In this document: positions 1 to 7,758 of the stretch, in pieces
Layout of the letters: every line of letters begins with the position of its first letter
Numbering within the stretch: the stretch's first letter is position 1
Assembly: GCA_041600755.1 (NCBI GenBank)
Contig: JBFIJL010000004.1
Location: 10,612-74,611 of the forward strand
DNA: 64,000 nucleotides
Source: Candidatus Saccharimonadales bacterium
GTDB taxonomy: Bacteria; Patescibacteriota; Saccharimonadia; Saccharimonadales; JAXHNE01
Direction of reading: 5' to 3'
Notes under the pieces: model-generated
What the model was told of the DNA's origin: nothing
Databases searched by the model: none
Seen by the model: only the letters and a program-made list of their open reading frames with translations
Program-made: the position numbers and the translations under genes

Positions 1-653
1 CTTGCAATGGTTGAGGCGTTTTTACGCCATGAACTATCGGCCGGCCGAAGCAAAATCTGTATACCAACGCCGTCACTTTTTTCGACAGTAGATAACGAAT
101 TAAGTAATGACTGCAGTGCGTCACGTTTCAAGTCTTGATAGGTAGCTATCGGGTATGCTGAGTTTTCTTTAAGCGTCAGCTCACCGCCAGTAGTTCCAGC
201 CATCTTGCCTACTGCAGAAAAAATATTGTACTCAGGCACCTCTTCAAGCTGAGCTGATGGATAAGCACTCACAATAGCCTGCTTCACCACCTCAACCAAA
301 GACACCGGCACAGCTGTATAAAACTTCACAAACCCCTGATCGCCAACAATTTCAAATGATATATGTCTTTGCCCATATACCCACTTATTCATAAATCCCT
401 TGTGGGCAGTGCTAGCTATAATGTTGTACATAACCTGCGCCTTAGAGATGTTTTCGTCATCCACATCACGAGCATCGCGATTACCTGCATCAGTGTCGTC
501 GCTTGGCGGCGGCAAATGGATCAATAGTGGTACCATTTTGAGCCCACGCTCAAAATTCTTTTGCTCTCTAAACGTCTTTCGGACAGACATTAACACCACA
601 GGCACACCCGGGACCAGTACAAGAAGTAATCCAATGAAAATAATAGTAAACAT
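1..653 (-). CDS. hypothetical membrane-anchored protein, N-terminal part (gene runs off the left edge of the window)
   Basis: Hand translation of the minus strand from ATG (653..651) gives MFTIIFIGLLLVLVPGVPVVLMSVRKTF...KWVYGQRHISFEIVGDQGFVKFYTAVP..., with no stop down to position 1. Missing from the ORF track because no stop lies in the window. The start is 2 nt after the stop of the upstream ORF (coupling). Confidence 0.6.
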   Translation of the reverse strand, partial: MFTIIFIGLLLVLVPGVPVVLMSVRKTFREQKNFERGLKMVPLLIHLPPPSDDTDAGNRDARDVDDENISKAQVMYNIIASTAHKGFMNKWVYGQRHISFEIVGDQGFVKFYTAVPVSLVEVVKQAIVSAYPSAQLEEVPEYNIFSAVGKMAGTTGGELTLKENSAYPIATYQDLKRDALQSLLNSLSTVEKSDGVGIQILLRPADSSWRKNASTIA

Positions 654-655
654 AA

Positions 656-1048
656 TTAGGCTAACGGATCACCGTCTCTATTAAATCGTTTTTTTAGGTA
701 ATCAGTTTTGACTGAGCCAAGTCCATCAGATTGCTTCTTAGGGTCATCTTTGGTGTGCTCTATTATGCGTTTAGCACTCTCCACCCACTCCTTCTCGATA
801 AGTTGCACCTCATCAGCAATGTGAGGCGTCGACACCAACGCGGTTGCGTTAGCTGCTACTGCGCCAACTTGCGGTATTGAGCTAGCAGTTGACGACTGAG
901 CGCTGGCCACCTGTGTAGAAGTGATAGCTCCAGCTGATGGCTTTTCGGCTGCCTTACTTAAGTTTTGTTCATTGTGAGGCGTAGCGTGGTCAAAAGAAGC
1001 CTGGGGCAATTCATCTAATTGAGGCTGTGATTTATTTTCATGATTCAT
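656..1048 (-). CDS. hypothetical protein, low-complexity A/S/T/Q-rich N-terminal half
   Basis: 130-aa ORF packed tightly between two same-strand ORFs. No recognisable motif. Confidence 0.5.
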   Translation of the reverse strand: MNHENKSQPQLDELPQASFDHATPHNEQNLSKAAEKPSAGAITSTQVASAQSSTASSIPQVGAVAANATALVSTPHIADEVQLIEKEWVESAKRIIEHTKDDPKKQSDGLGSVKTDYLKKRFNRDGDPLA

Positions 1049-1083
1049 CTCTGTTAAATTATAGCAAAGTTATCATGCAAATT

Positions 1084-1431
1084 CTATTTAGAAAAGTGAT
1101 ACCTACTAAAGTAGAATGCCAGTAGAAGACCAAGGACCAAGAACAGAAGCAAATCATACCTACCAACCTGCCCCGCAGAACTGAGCAACAATACCACTAC
1201 CGGCAAGCTACTGATAATCGCAACAAAACTACGTCTTCGTAGCGTCGATGACTCTACTGTGAGTTTAGATAGCACGAGATGTATAAGTTCATACACAATC
1301 AGGTAGACGAGCAAAAAAGGTAAAAGAAGTGCAGGAAGCGGTAGTCTTTCAGGATTTGTAAATATCAGTAGACAAAGCAACAAAACCACTAAAAGTGTTC
1401 TACTGGCGGCAAAGAAAAGCTTACGTTTCAT
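1084..1431 (-). CDS. small integral membrane protein (3-4 predicted TM helices)
   Basis: 115-aa ORF with long hydrophobic stretches (LLVVLLLCLLIF, LLLPFLLVYLIVY, VVLLLSSAG, LLLFLVLGLLLAFYF). Confidence 0.55.
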   Translation of the reverse strand: MKRKLFFAASRTLLVVLLLCLLIFTNPERLPLPALLLPFLLVYLIVYELIHLVLSKLTVESSTLRRRSFVAIISSLPVVVLLLSSAGQVGRYDLLLFLVLGLLLAFYFSRYHFSK

Positions 1432-1458
1432 CTACGTTAAATTGTACGTCACAAACAT

Positions 1459-1492
1459 TAAAAAAAGAAAACGCAGCCATTCAATGGCTGCG
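1459..1492 (-). terminator. intrinsic terminator (minus strand)
   Basis: Perfect 8-bp stem cgcagcca/tggctgcg (1472-1479 / 1485-1492) with a 5-nt loop. On the minus strand it is followed by a U-rich tract (the plus-strand A-tract 1459-1471). Confidence 0.6.
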
Positions 1493-1637
1493 TGAAAATT
1501 CTAGTGCCAAGACGACAAAACCGCTCTGTAAAATTACTGTATAGCGCTTGTCGTCTATGGCTTGACTGACCGCTCTCAAAAGAGAGCGTTATCGGTTTAT
1601 TTTGAACCGTAGGGTAAGTTTTTGTTTTCAACTTACT
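1459..1637 (-). ncRNA. candidate ~180-nt small RNA of unknown family
   Basis: Minus-strand TTGACT (1672..1667), 17-nt spacer, TAGATT (1649..1644). Then three stem-loops (gtaagtt/aacttac, cgctctc/gagagcg, a 13-bp agacgacaa-type stem) and the terminator at 1459-1492. No ORF of 60 aa or more. Confidence 0.3.
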
Positions 1638-2449
1638 GTCACCAATCTACATGATTATGCTAAAAAAGTCAATGGTATTTTGTTGTTCAAAGTACTGGTT
1701 TAAACAGTTGCAGAACGTTCTGATCTGTAGAAAGCCGCATAATCAATGTTGTATATTTAACTGAAACTATTCAGATATTTAGTTAATCTTATTAGGCATT
1801 TTTCTATGGCGATCGTCGCGATCTAGTCTTCATCGCAATGTACTTAGACGTTCGCCGGCATGACTAAATTACTTAAAAAATATTTCAATACTTAGTCCAT
1901 TTTTCAGCAATATTTAGACTCTAAACTGCCTCTGCGAGGTCGCCATGAAGCCATTTTATTGTTTTTAATTAGCTACGTATTCACTTTATTGCAGTGCAGG
2001 AATTGCCCTGGGCAGCAAAAACAATACCTTGTGACGCAAGAAATGCAGCTTCAAAATCTCTATTAATCGCATTTTGTAAGTATGAGTACAATTTTCTACA
2101 ATTGCTCCCAGGCACCAACCACTAGGCATCTCTACTATCGATTACGTATACGTCCACTACAAGTATTAGCGGTCTTAAGTACATGCCATAAATAAATGTC
2201 ACCTTCGTCAGTATATAAGCTCACACGTTCATGCTTTATGTGTGACGACACAATTTGCCTGCGCTTACGGGGCTTAGGCTAATAAGTGCTCAATGTCTGG
2301 GATGCTATTTGTATTTATTGGGGATGATTGAGATAAAATTACTACAAATAATCTGCACATCATGGTGCGCAGAACTCCTGTGATGTTATCACTGGGTAAA
2401 CAATGATAAAGTTATGCACAGGTCTTGTGAATAATTAAACACAAACGTG

Positions 2450-2478
2450 TTGACAGCAATCACTCGGGTCTTTAAGAT
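2450..2478 (+). promoter_or_regulatory. sigma70-like promoter TTGACA-17-TAAGAT
   Basis: TTGACA at 2450-2455, 17-nt spacer, TAAGAT at 2473-2478. Confidence 0.45.
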
Positions 2479-2484
2479 ACTAAT

Positions 2485-2640
2485 AGCACTTGAATAAAAA
2501 AAGTGCTCAAAAACAAAAAGCCATCTGTAACAACGGTTTCTCGCAAGCCGTTGTTACACCAAAAACACAAGATAACAAACACTCCGCCAACACCAACTTA
2601 TTAAAACGAAAGCCCCGCCAAAACAGCGGGGCTTTTATAT
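2485..2640 (+). ncRNA. candidate ~155-nt small RNA or leader upstream of comM
   Basis: Sits between the promoter at 2450-2478 and an intrinsic terminator (agccccgc/gcggggct at 2611-2633, then TTTT). Contains two further perfect hairpins: agcact/agtgct near 2484-2508 and gtaacaacgg/ccgttgttac at 2527-2557. comM then has its own extended -10 (TGgTATAAT, 2646-2654) and an RBS. Confidence 0.35.
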
Positions 2641-2675
2641 TGCAGTGGTATAATTACTCCAAGCAAGGGGTAGAC

Positions 2676-4193
2676 ATGAACGCACGCGTCACAAGTATTG
2701 CAGCTGGTATCGATGGAACGCTAATCGATGTTGAGTGCGTGCTGACGAATGGTCTGCCCAATATTATTATTGTAGGCTTCGCAAACAAGGCAGTAGATGA
2801 AGCAAAGGAACGTGTGCGCAGTGCGTTCATGTCATCTAAGATTCCTTTCCCTAAAAAGCGTATCACTATAAATTTGGCTCCAGCAGACGTGCCCAAAGAA
2901 ACACCAGCCCTCGATTTAGCAATAGCAGCGGCTATCCTTCTAGCAAGCGAACAAACCAATCCAGACATTTCGATTAAAGACACAATCGTACTTGGCGAGC
3001 TGGGGCTCGACGGAAGCGTACGGCCAGTAAGGGGAATTATTGGGAGTCTACTAGACGCAAAGAAAAAAGGCATTACATCATTTGTTATTCCTGCAGATAA
3101 CTTGAGTCAAGCCACGCTGGTGCCAAACTGTACACTCAGAACTGTCGGATCACTCAAAGAGCTTTTTGATCACCTGACCGGAGTCATGCAACTTAAGCAG
3201 ATAGAAACAAAAGATCTGGCGCTCAAACAACTTTCCACAAAATCTGCCGTAGACTTTGCGCACGTAATTGGCCAAGAACGTGCAAAGCGCGGTCTAGAGA
3301 TTGCAGCTGCAGGGTCGCACAATATTTTACTCAGCGGCCCTCCGGGAACTGGCAAGAGTATGTTAGCCAAAGCGTTCCCAGCTATTTTGCCATTATTATC
3401 CCAGGATGAGATTTTAGAGATTACACACTTACATAGTCTTACTAATCGCGATTATGCCAAAATAGTTTCGGAACGTCCATTTCGTTCACCACACCATAGT
3501 TCTAGTGAAATTGCCATCATTGGTGGTGGACAGCGACCACGGCCTGGTGAAATTAGTCTTAGTCACAAGGGTGTACTATTTTTTGATGAGTTCCCTGAAT
3601 TTTCACGGTCAACCATTGAGGCTTTGCGTCAGCCTCTGGAGGATAGAATTATCACCGTTTCTCGAGCCAAAGGATCGATCACATTTCCTGCCGATTTTAC
3701 CCTGATAGCCACAGCCAATCCCTGCCCTTGTGGATTTTATGGCAGCACAAAGCAATGCAGCTGCATGCCGGCGCAAATTGTTCGATATCAACGAAAACTC
3801 TCTGGACCAATCATCGACCGTATTGATTTATTTATAGAGGTAGACCACGTTAAACACGACAAGCTTCTAAATGACGAAATTCAAGGAGAGACGAGTGATG
3901 AAATTGCAAAACGAGTCGAAGCAGCTCGTGAGCTACAGCGGGAACGCTACCAAGAGAGCACTTTGTGCAATGCCAACCTTGGCAATCAAGAACTAAAGAA
4001 ACACGCAAAGCTCTCGCCAAGTGCTAAAAATCTACTCACCACCGCAGCCGAGCGCCTCGATATCTCCCCCAGGAGCTACATGCGACTACTAAAAGTAGCC
4101 AGAACCATTGCCGACCTTGATGATTCAAACACAATAAATGATGCACACGTCAGCGAGGCACTGCAGTATCGACGGCAGCCAATCCAGCTCTAG
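2676..4193 (+). CDS. comM: Mg-chelatase-like AAA+ ATPase ComM/YifB
   Basis: N-terminal Lon-protease-like domain (ITINLAPADVPKE), Walker A GPPGTGKS, and FFDEFPEF. Start moved to ATG 2676 (MNARVTSIAAG...), preceded by aagggg, because ComM homologs start here. Confidence 0.9.
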   Translation: MNARVTSIAAGIDGTLIDVECVLTNGLPNIIIVGFANKAVDEAKERVRSAFMSSKIPFPKKRITINLAPADVPKETPALDLAIAAAILLASEQTNPDISIKDTIVLGELGLDGSVRPVRGIIGSLLDAKKKGITSFVIPADNLSQATLVPNCTLRTVGSLKELFDHLTGVMQLKQIETKDLALKQLSTKSAVDFAHVIGQERAKRGLEIAAAGSHNILLSGPPGTGKSMLAKAFPAILPLLSQDEILEITHLHSLTNRDYAKIVSERPFRSPHHSSSEIAIIGGGQRPRPGEISLSHKGVLFFDEFPEFSRSTIEALRQPLEDRIITVSRAKGSITFPADFTLIATANPCPCGFYGSTKQCSCMPAQIVRYQRKLSGPIIDRIDLFIEVDHVKHDKLLNDEIQGETSDEIAKRVEAARELQRERYQESTLCNANLGNQELKKHAKLSPSAKNLLTTAAERLDISPRSYMRLLKVARTIADLDDSNTINDAHVSEALQYRRQPIQL

Positions 4194-4276
4194 GCCGCAA
4201 CACAAAAAGTTTGACCTCTGTTTGCTTATCTGTTACTATGCACTCTAGCCAGCAATAATGCTAAGGAGAAAGAACA

Positions 4277-4807
4277 ATCAGTAAACATACTCGCCTGAAC
4301 CATCAAATTCGGGCATCACAGCTACGTGTTATCAATGAAGAAGGCGATCAACTTGGCGTCATGTCAAAAGCCGAAGCCATTAAAACCGCAGAAGAGTATG
4401 GACTTGATCTGGTTGAAATCTCTCCAAATGCCAGCCCGCCAGTGGCGAAAATTGTTGACTGGGGCAAGTTCAATTATCAGAAGACCAAGCAACTCCAAAA
4501 GAGTAAGCGCAATGCAAAGGCAGTTGACCTGAAGCAAATGCGGATTGGCATGAAGATAAGTGAGCACGATCTTGACGTAAAACTCAAGAAGGTCCAGAAG
4601 TTTTTGGACGCCGGACACAAAACCAAGATTTCGATTTTTTATCGCGGTCGAGAGAACGCCCACAAGGATTTGGGCTTCACGCTCGCAGATAGAGTTATCG
4701 AGAAATTCGGTGAAGGTATCGTCGTCGATCAGAAACCTCAACTGGCAGGTCGGCAATTAAACTTTGTAATAAGGAGCAACACGAATGCCAAAGCAAAAGA
4801 CGCATAG
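4277..4807 (+). CDS. infC: translation initiation factor IF-3, non-canonical ATC start
   Basis: The conserved IF-3 N-terminus (RLNHQIRASQLRVINEEGDQLGV) lies upstream of the first ATG (4361). The frame opens after TAA at 4262-4264. AAGGAG (4263-4268) is 8 nt before ATC at 4277. Confidence 0.85.
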   Translation: MSKHTRLNHQIRASQLRVINEEGDQLGVMSKAEAIKTAEEYGLDLVEISPNASPPVAKIVDWGKFNYQKTKQLQKSKRNAKAVDLKQMRIGMKISEHDLDVKLKKVQKFLDAGHKTKISIFYRGRENAHKDLGFTLADRVIEKFGEGIVVDQKPQLAGRQLNFVIRSNTNAKAKDA

Positions 4808-4979
4808 CGGAACCAAAGATCGCATCAAAGTCACCAAAAGTGGCAAGGTGCTCCGAGGCAGCGCAATGGGAAACCACTTCCTACGTAAAAAATCAGCAGC
4901 CGCAAAGCGCGGATTTGCTATCCCGAACCAGGTAACTGGTAAGGAAGCGAAAAGTATTAAGAAGAATCTTGGAGTATAG
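4785..4979 (+). CDS. rpmI: 50S ribosomal protein L35
   Basis: MPKQKTHSGTKDRIKVTKSGKV... is a typical bL35. Lies in the infC-rpmI-rplT order. Confidence 0.95.
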   Translation: MPKQKTHSGTKDRIKVTKSGKVLRGSAMGNHFLRKKSAAAKRGFAIPNQVTGKEAKSIKKNLGV

Positions 4980-4982
4980 AAG

Positions 4983-5324
4983 ATGCGAGTAAAACGAGGC
5001 GTCACAACGCACGCGCGACACCAGAAAATCCGTAAAGCAACGAAGGGCATGAGCAAAGCAAACCGCTCAAGTGTTCGACGTGGTAAACAAGCAATCACCA
5101 AATCACTTGTTTATGCAACACGTGACCGCAAAAACCGTAAGCGAACCTTCCGTCAGCTATGGAACACTCGCATCAACGCTGCTGCGCGTCTAAATGACAC
5201 TACTTACAGCAAACTAATAGCTGGACTAAAGAAGGCCAACATCGAAGTTGACCGTAAGATTCTAAGTGAACTTGCCGTTAACGAGCCTGCAGCCTTCACT
5301 GCAATCGCAAAAGCTGCAAAATAG
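4983..5324 (+). CDS. rplT: 50S ribosomal protein L20
   Basis: MRVKRGVTTHARHQKIRKATKG...RDRKNRKRTFRQLW is a typical bL20. Confidence 0.95.
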   Translation: MRVKRGVTTHARHQKIRKATKGMSKANRSSVRRGKQAITKSLVYATRDRKNRKRTFRQLWNTRINAAARLNDTTYSKLIAGLKKANIEVDRKILSELAVNEPAAFTAIAKAAK

Positions 5325-5354
5325 TTCAGTAAGCACGCTCTATGAGCTCTAATT

Positions 5355-5387
5355 AAAATAGCCTGGATTTATTCCAGGCTATTTTTT
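5355..5387 (+). terminator. intrinsic terminator after rplT
   Basis: 9-bp stem tagcctgga/tccaggcta (5359-5367 / 5373-5381) followed by TTTTTT. Confidence 0.7.
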
Positions 5388-5466
5388 CGTATTTCAGGAA
5401 AGAGCAGCACTAATGAAGCTTACTTCATTAGTGCGATGAGAAAACCTATCTCGGTTTTCTCATATT

Positions 5467-5840
5467 GTTAGGCTACCTATAAGCCGGGTTCTGTACCCCG
5501 CTCTACCTTCTTTTTTCAAAAAGATAAAGCGGGGCGTCGATCATCTATCTAGTTCTATCGTTGCCAATAGAATCAAGCGGATCTTGTGATGCTACCGAGA
5601 CGGGACGCCATATTCGATAACACCTCCTTGCAGCCGACAGGGTTTACCTCCCCCGCACGTCACCGTGAAGGGCTGTGAGCTCTTACCTCACTCGTTTCAC
5701 CTTTACTACCGAAGTAGTAGTTTCGTTTCTGTGGCACTTTCCCTAGAGTTTCCTCTGGTTGCCGTTAGCAACTGTCGTTCCCTATGCTGCCCGGACTTTC
5801 CTCCCGCAATAAATTGCAGGCGATCGACCAGCAACCTAAC
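5467..5840 (-). ncRNA. rnpB: RNase P RNA (bacterial type A-like)
   Basis: The minus strand reads GAGGAAAGUCCGGGC (CR-I), GGGAAAGUGCCACAGAAA, GGUGAAACGAGUGAGGUAAGAGCUCACAG and the 3' ACAGAACCCGGCUUAU. All closely parallel E. coli M1 RNA. The P1 helix gttaggttgct/aggtagcctaac defines the ends (~374 nt). Confidence 0.85.
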
Positions 5841-5848
5841 AACAACTA

Positions 5849-6535
5849 TTATACTGCATGTTTTTCTTTTTCGGCATCCAGGATTTTATTTACTTCAGCA
5901 TCGGCCAACTTATTAAGCTCACGTGGCACATGTTGAAAAGTAACCTTCTTGAAATGTTTCAGTAGTTCTTTTATTGACTGGTGAATTGGCCACAAGTCAC
6001 GGTTCTTTATCTTGAAGATGCCTTTCATCTGATTCACTACCAACATGCTATCCATATACACATCAACGGTATGCGCGCCGATTCTTTGAGCCTCTTCAAG
6101 GCCAAACTTAAGTGACTGATACTCTGCCTGGTTGTTGGTTGTGACGCCAAGATACTCTCCTCGCTCGACTAGAACCTCATCATTCATGTCTATCAACACA
6201 AAACCCGATGCCGATGGCCCGGGATTGCCCCGTGAGCCACCGTCGCTGTACAGCTTGAGGTGCCCCCCGTGATCCTGAGCAGTTAGCCGCTTGGTATCTT
6301 CCGGCTCTAGATACTCATCGATAGCCGCCGCCAACTCATGGTCTTTGTCTGTAATACTGCCATCGGCTTCGTGAGTAGAAAGCCAAAGCTCAACAATGTT
6401 GAATGTATTGCTGATGGTGGGGTGATGTCCCTTCTCCTCGGCGATTTTACCTACCTGATTTATAAACTCAAGTGCCTCGTTAAAATCCTTGAATGTAAAC
6501 TTTTTGTATAATTTTTGATTTTTTTCTTGCCACAT
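5849..6535 (-). CDS. fusion protein: pterin-4a-carbinolamine dehydratase (PCD/DCoH)-like domain + RNase H (type 1) domain
   Basis: N-terminus: FKDFNEALEFINQVGKIAEEKGHHPTISNTF...LSTH (PCD signature GHHP). C-terminus: YSDGGSRGNPG, NNQAEYQSL, DSMLVVNQM and LNKLADAEVN (DEDD RNase H pattern). Confidence 0.75.
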   Translation of the reverse strand: MWQEKNQKLYKKFTFKDFNEALEFINQVGKIAEEKGHHPTISNTFNIVELWLSTHEADGSITDKDHELAAAIDEYLEPEDTKRLTAQDHGGHLKLYSDGGSRGNPGPSASGFVLIDMNDEVLVERGEYLGVTTNNQAEYQSLKFGLEEAQRIGAHTVDVYMDSMLVVNQMKGIFKIKNRDLWPIHQSIKELLKHFKKVTFQHVPRELNKLADAEVNKILDAEKEKHAV

Positions 6536-6562
6536 ACGTATAGCATATCAGATACTAGTGTG

Positions 6563-7588
6563 ATGAACCTTGCAGACTACGACTACGAACTACCGGAAAA
6601 CCTTATTGCGACCCAGCCGCCGGCCGTTCGAGGCAGCAGCCGGTTACTCGTGCTGAACCGAAAAACGGGCGAAATCACCCATGATTACTACGCCAACCTT
6701 CCTGGTTACCTTGCCTCAGGTGACCTGATTGTGCGCAACAACACTCAGGTAATTAAGGCCCGATTGCTAGCAAAAACTGAGTCTGGCGATGACCGTGAGC
6801 TATTGTTGCTCGAAAGCCATGCGGTCAATAACCCACATAAACGCAAAGTACTTTATCGCGGCAAAATTCGAGCCGGCGACACGTTGATGATTGGCGAGGA
6901 CCGGGTGCATGTTGAGGAAGTTTTGGGTGGCGGCGAAGCGATCATTGCAGCCCAAAAACCACTCCTGAGTATCGCCGATGAGCAAGGCAAGGTGCCACTA
7001 CCACCCTACATGCACCGCGAAGCCACTGCTAACGACAGCGAGCGCTACCAGACAGTATTTGCGGCACATGCAGGCTCAGTTGCAGCCCCAACAGCATCGC
7101 TCAATTTCACGCACCAGCTCGAATCACTCCTTGATCAAAAAGGCGTACTCACAAGCGAATTAACCCTGCATGTTGGCCTTGGAACATTTCTGCCAATCCG
7201 TGTAGATACACTCGAAAATCATAAAATGCACAGCGAATACTTTGTTGTGCCAAAGTCTACAAAGTCCGCCATTAACAGATGTAAATTATCAAAGAACAAA
7301 GTGCTCGCCATCGGCACAACCGTAACAAGAACTCTTGAATATGCTGCTGTGAATATAGCTGAACATGCCAATGAAGACAGCTCCGGTGAAGCCGATATAT
7401 TCATCTATCCTGGCTATGATTTTAAAACTGTAGATGCCCTACTGACAAACTTTCATGCACCCAAATCTACAGTACTCATGATGGCGGCAGCCTTTGCCGG
7501 TTGGGACAATTTACTGACCGCTTACAACGAAGCAATTAAAGAAAACTATGCCTTCTTGAGTTACGGCGACTCAATGCTCATCATTTAA
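6563..7588 (+). CDS. queA: S-adenosylmethionine:tRNA ribosyltransferase-isomerase
   Basis: MNLADYDYELPENLIATQP..., PLPPYM and LLTNFHAPKSTVLMM are typical QueA. Start set at ATG 6563. Confidence 0.9.
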   Translation: MNLADYDYELPENLIATQPPAVRGSSRLLVLNRKTGEITHDYYANLPGYLASGDLIVRNNTQVIKARLLAKTESGDDRELLLLESHAVNNPHKRKVLYRGKIRAGDTLMIGEDRVHVEEVLGGGEAIIAAQKPLLSIADEQGKVPLPPYMHREATANDSERYQTVFAAHAGSVAAPTASLNFTHQLESLLDQKGVLTSELTLHVGLGTFLPIRVDTLENHKMHSEYFVVPKSTKSAINRCKLSKNKVLAIGTTVTRTLEYAAVNIAEHANEDSSGEADIFIYPGYDFKTVDALLTNFHAPKSTVLMMAAAFAGWDNLLTAYNEAIKENYAFLSYGDSMLII

Positions 7589-7758
7589 TTTTTGCGTTTG
7601 CTGCACTCTACTAGACCGACCATGACAACCTGGTTGGTAATCCCAGGTGGGTATTCGCACGGTGAAAGCACGCCTTCACACGAATATTGAATTCCCGAAT
7701 GATAAGTAATCAGATTATCATTTTGGCCGGCCCGGTAACACGCACCAAGCTATTTATA

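Noticed and set aside
1432-2489. Replication origin (oriC) in the AT-rich ORF-free gap
   Set aside because: Only two 9-mers fit TTATNCACA: ttatgcaca at 2411-2419 and ttattcaca on the minus strand at 2426-2434. There is no cluster of boxes, no adjacent dnaA/dnaN and no obvious 13-mer AT-rich repeats.
1459-2640. Assigning the candidate sRNAs to SRP RNA, 6S RNA or tmRNA
   Set aside because: - I could not find the SRP domain IV motif (GGAA tetraloop with flanking AGCA/GGA loops).
- There is no 6S-type single long hairpin with a central bubble.
- There is no tRNA-like CCA end.
2490-2675. 62-codon N-terminal extension of comM from a TTG start (as in the ORF track)
   Set aside because: - ComM homologs begin at the MNARVTS... 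position.
- The extension contains a promoter-proximal hairpin set and a full intrinsic terminator.
- A TGgTATAAT element and an RBS precede ATG 2676.
4326-4532. 68-aa ORF overlapping the 5' part of infC in another frame
   Set aside because: The region is explained by IF-3 in the conserved frame.
5665-5916. 83-aa plus-strand ORF from the six-frame track
   Set aside because: It lies antisense across the RNase P RNA (rnpB) and the 3' end of the PCD-RNase H gene. The region is explained by conserved RNase P RNA motifs.

The peptide is low-complexity, with no RBS.
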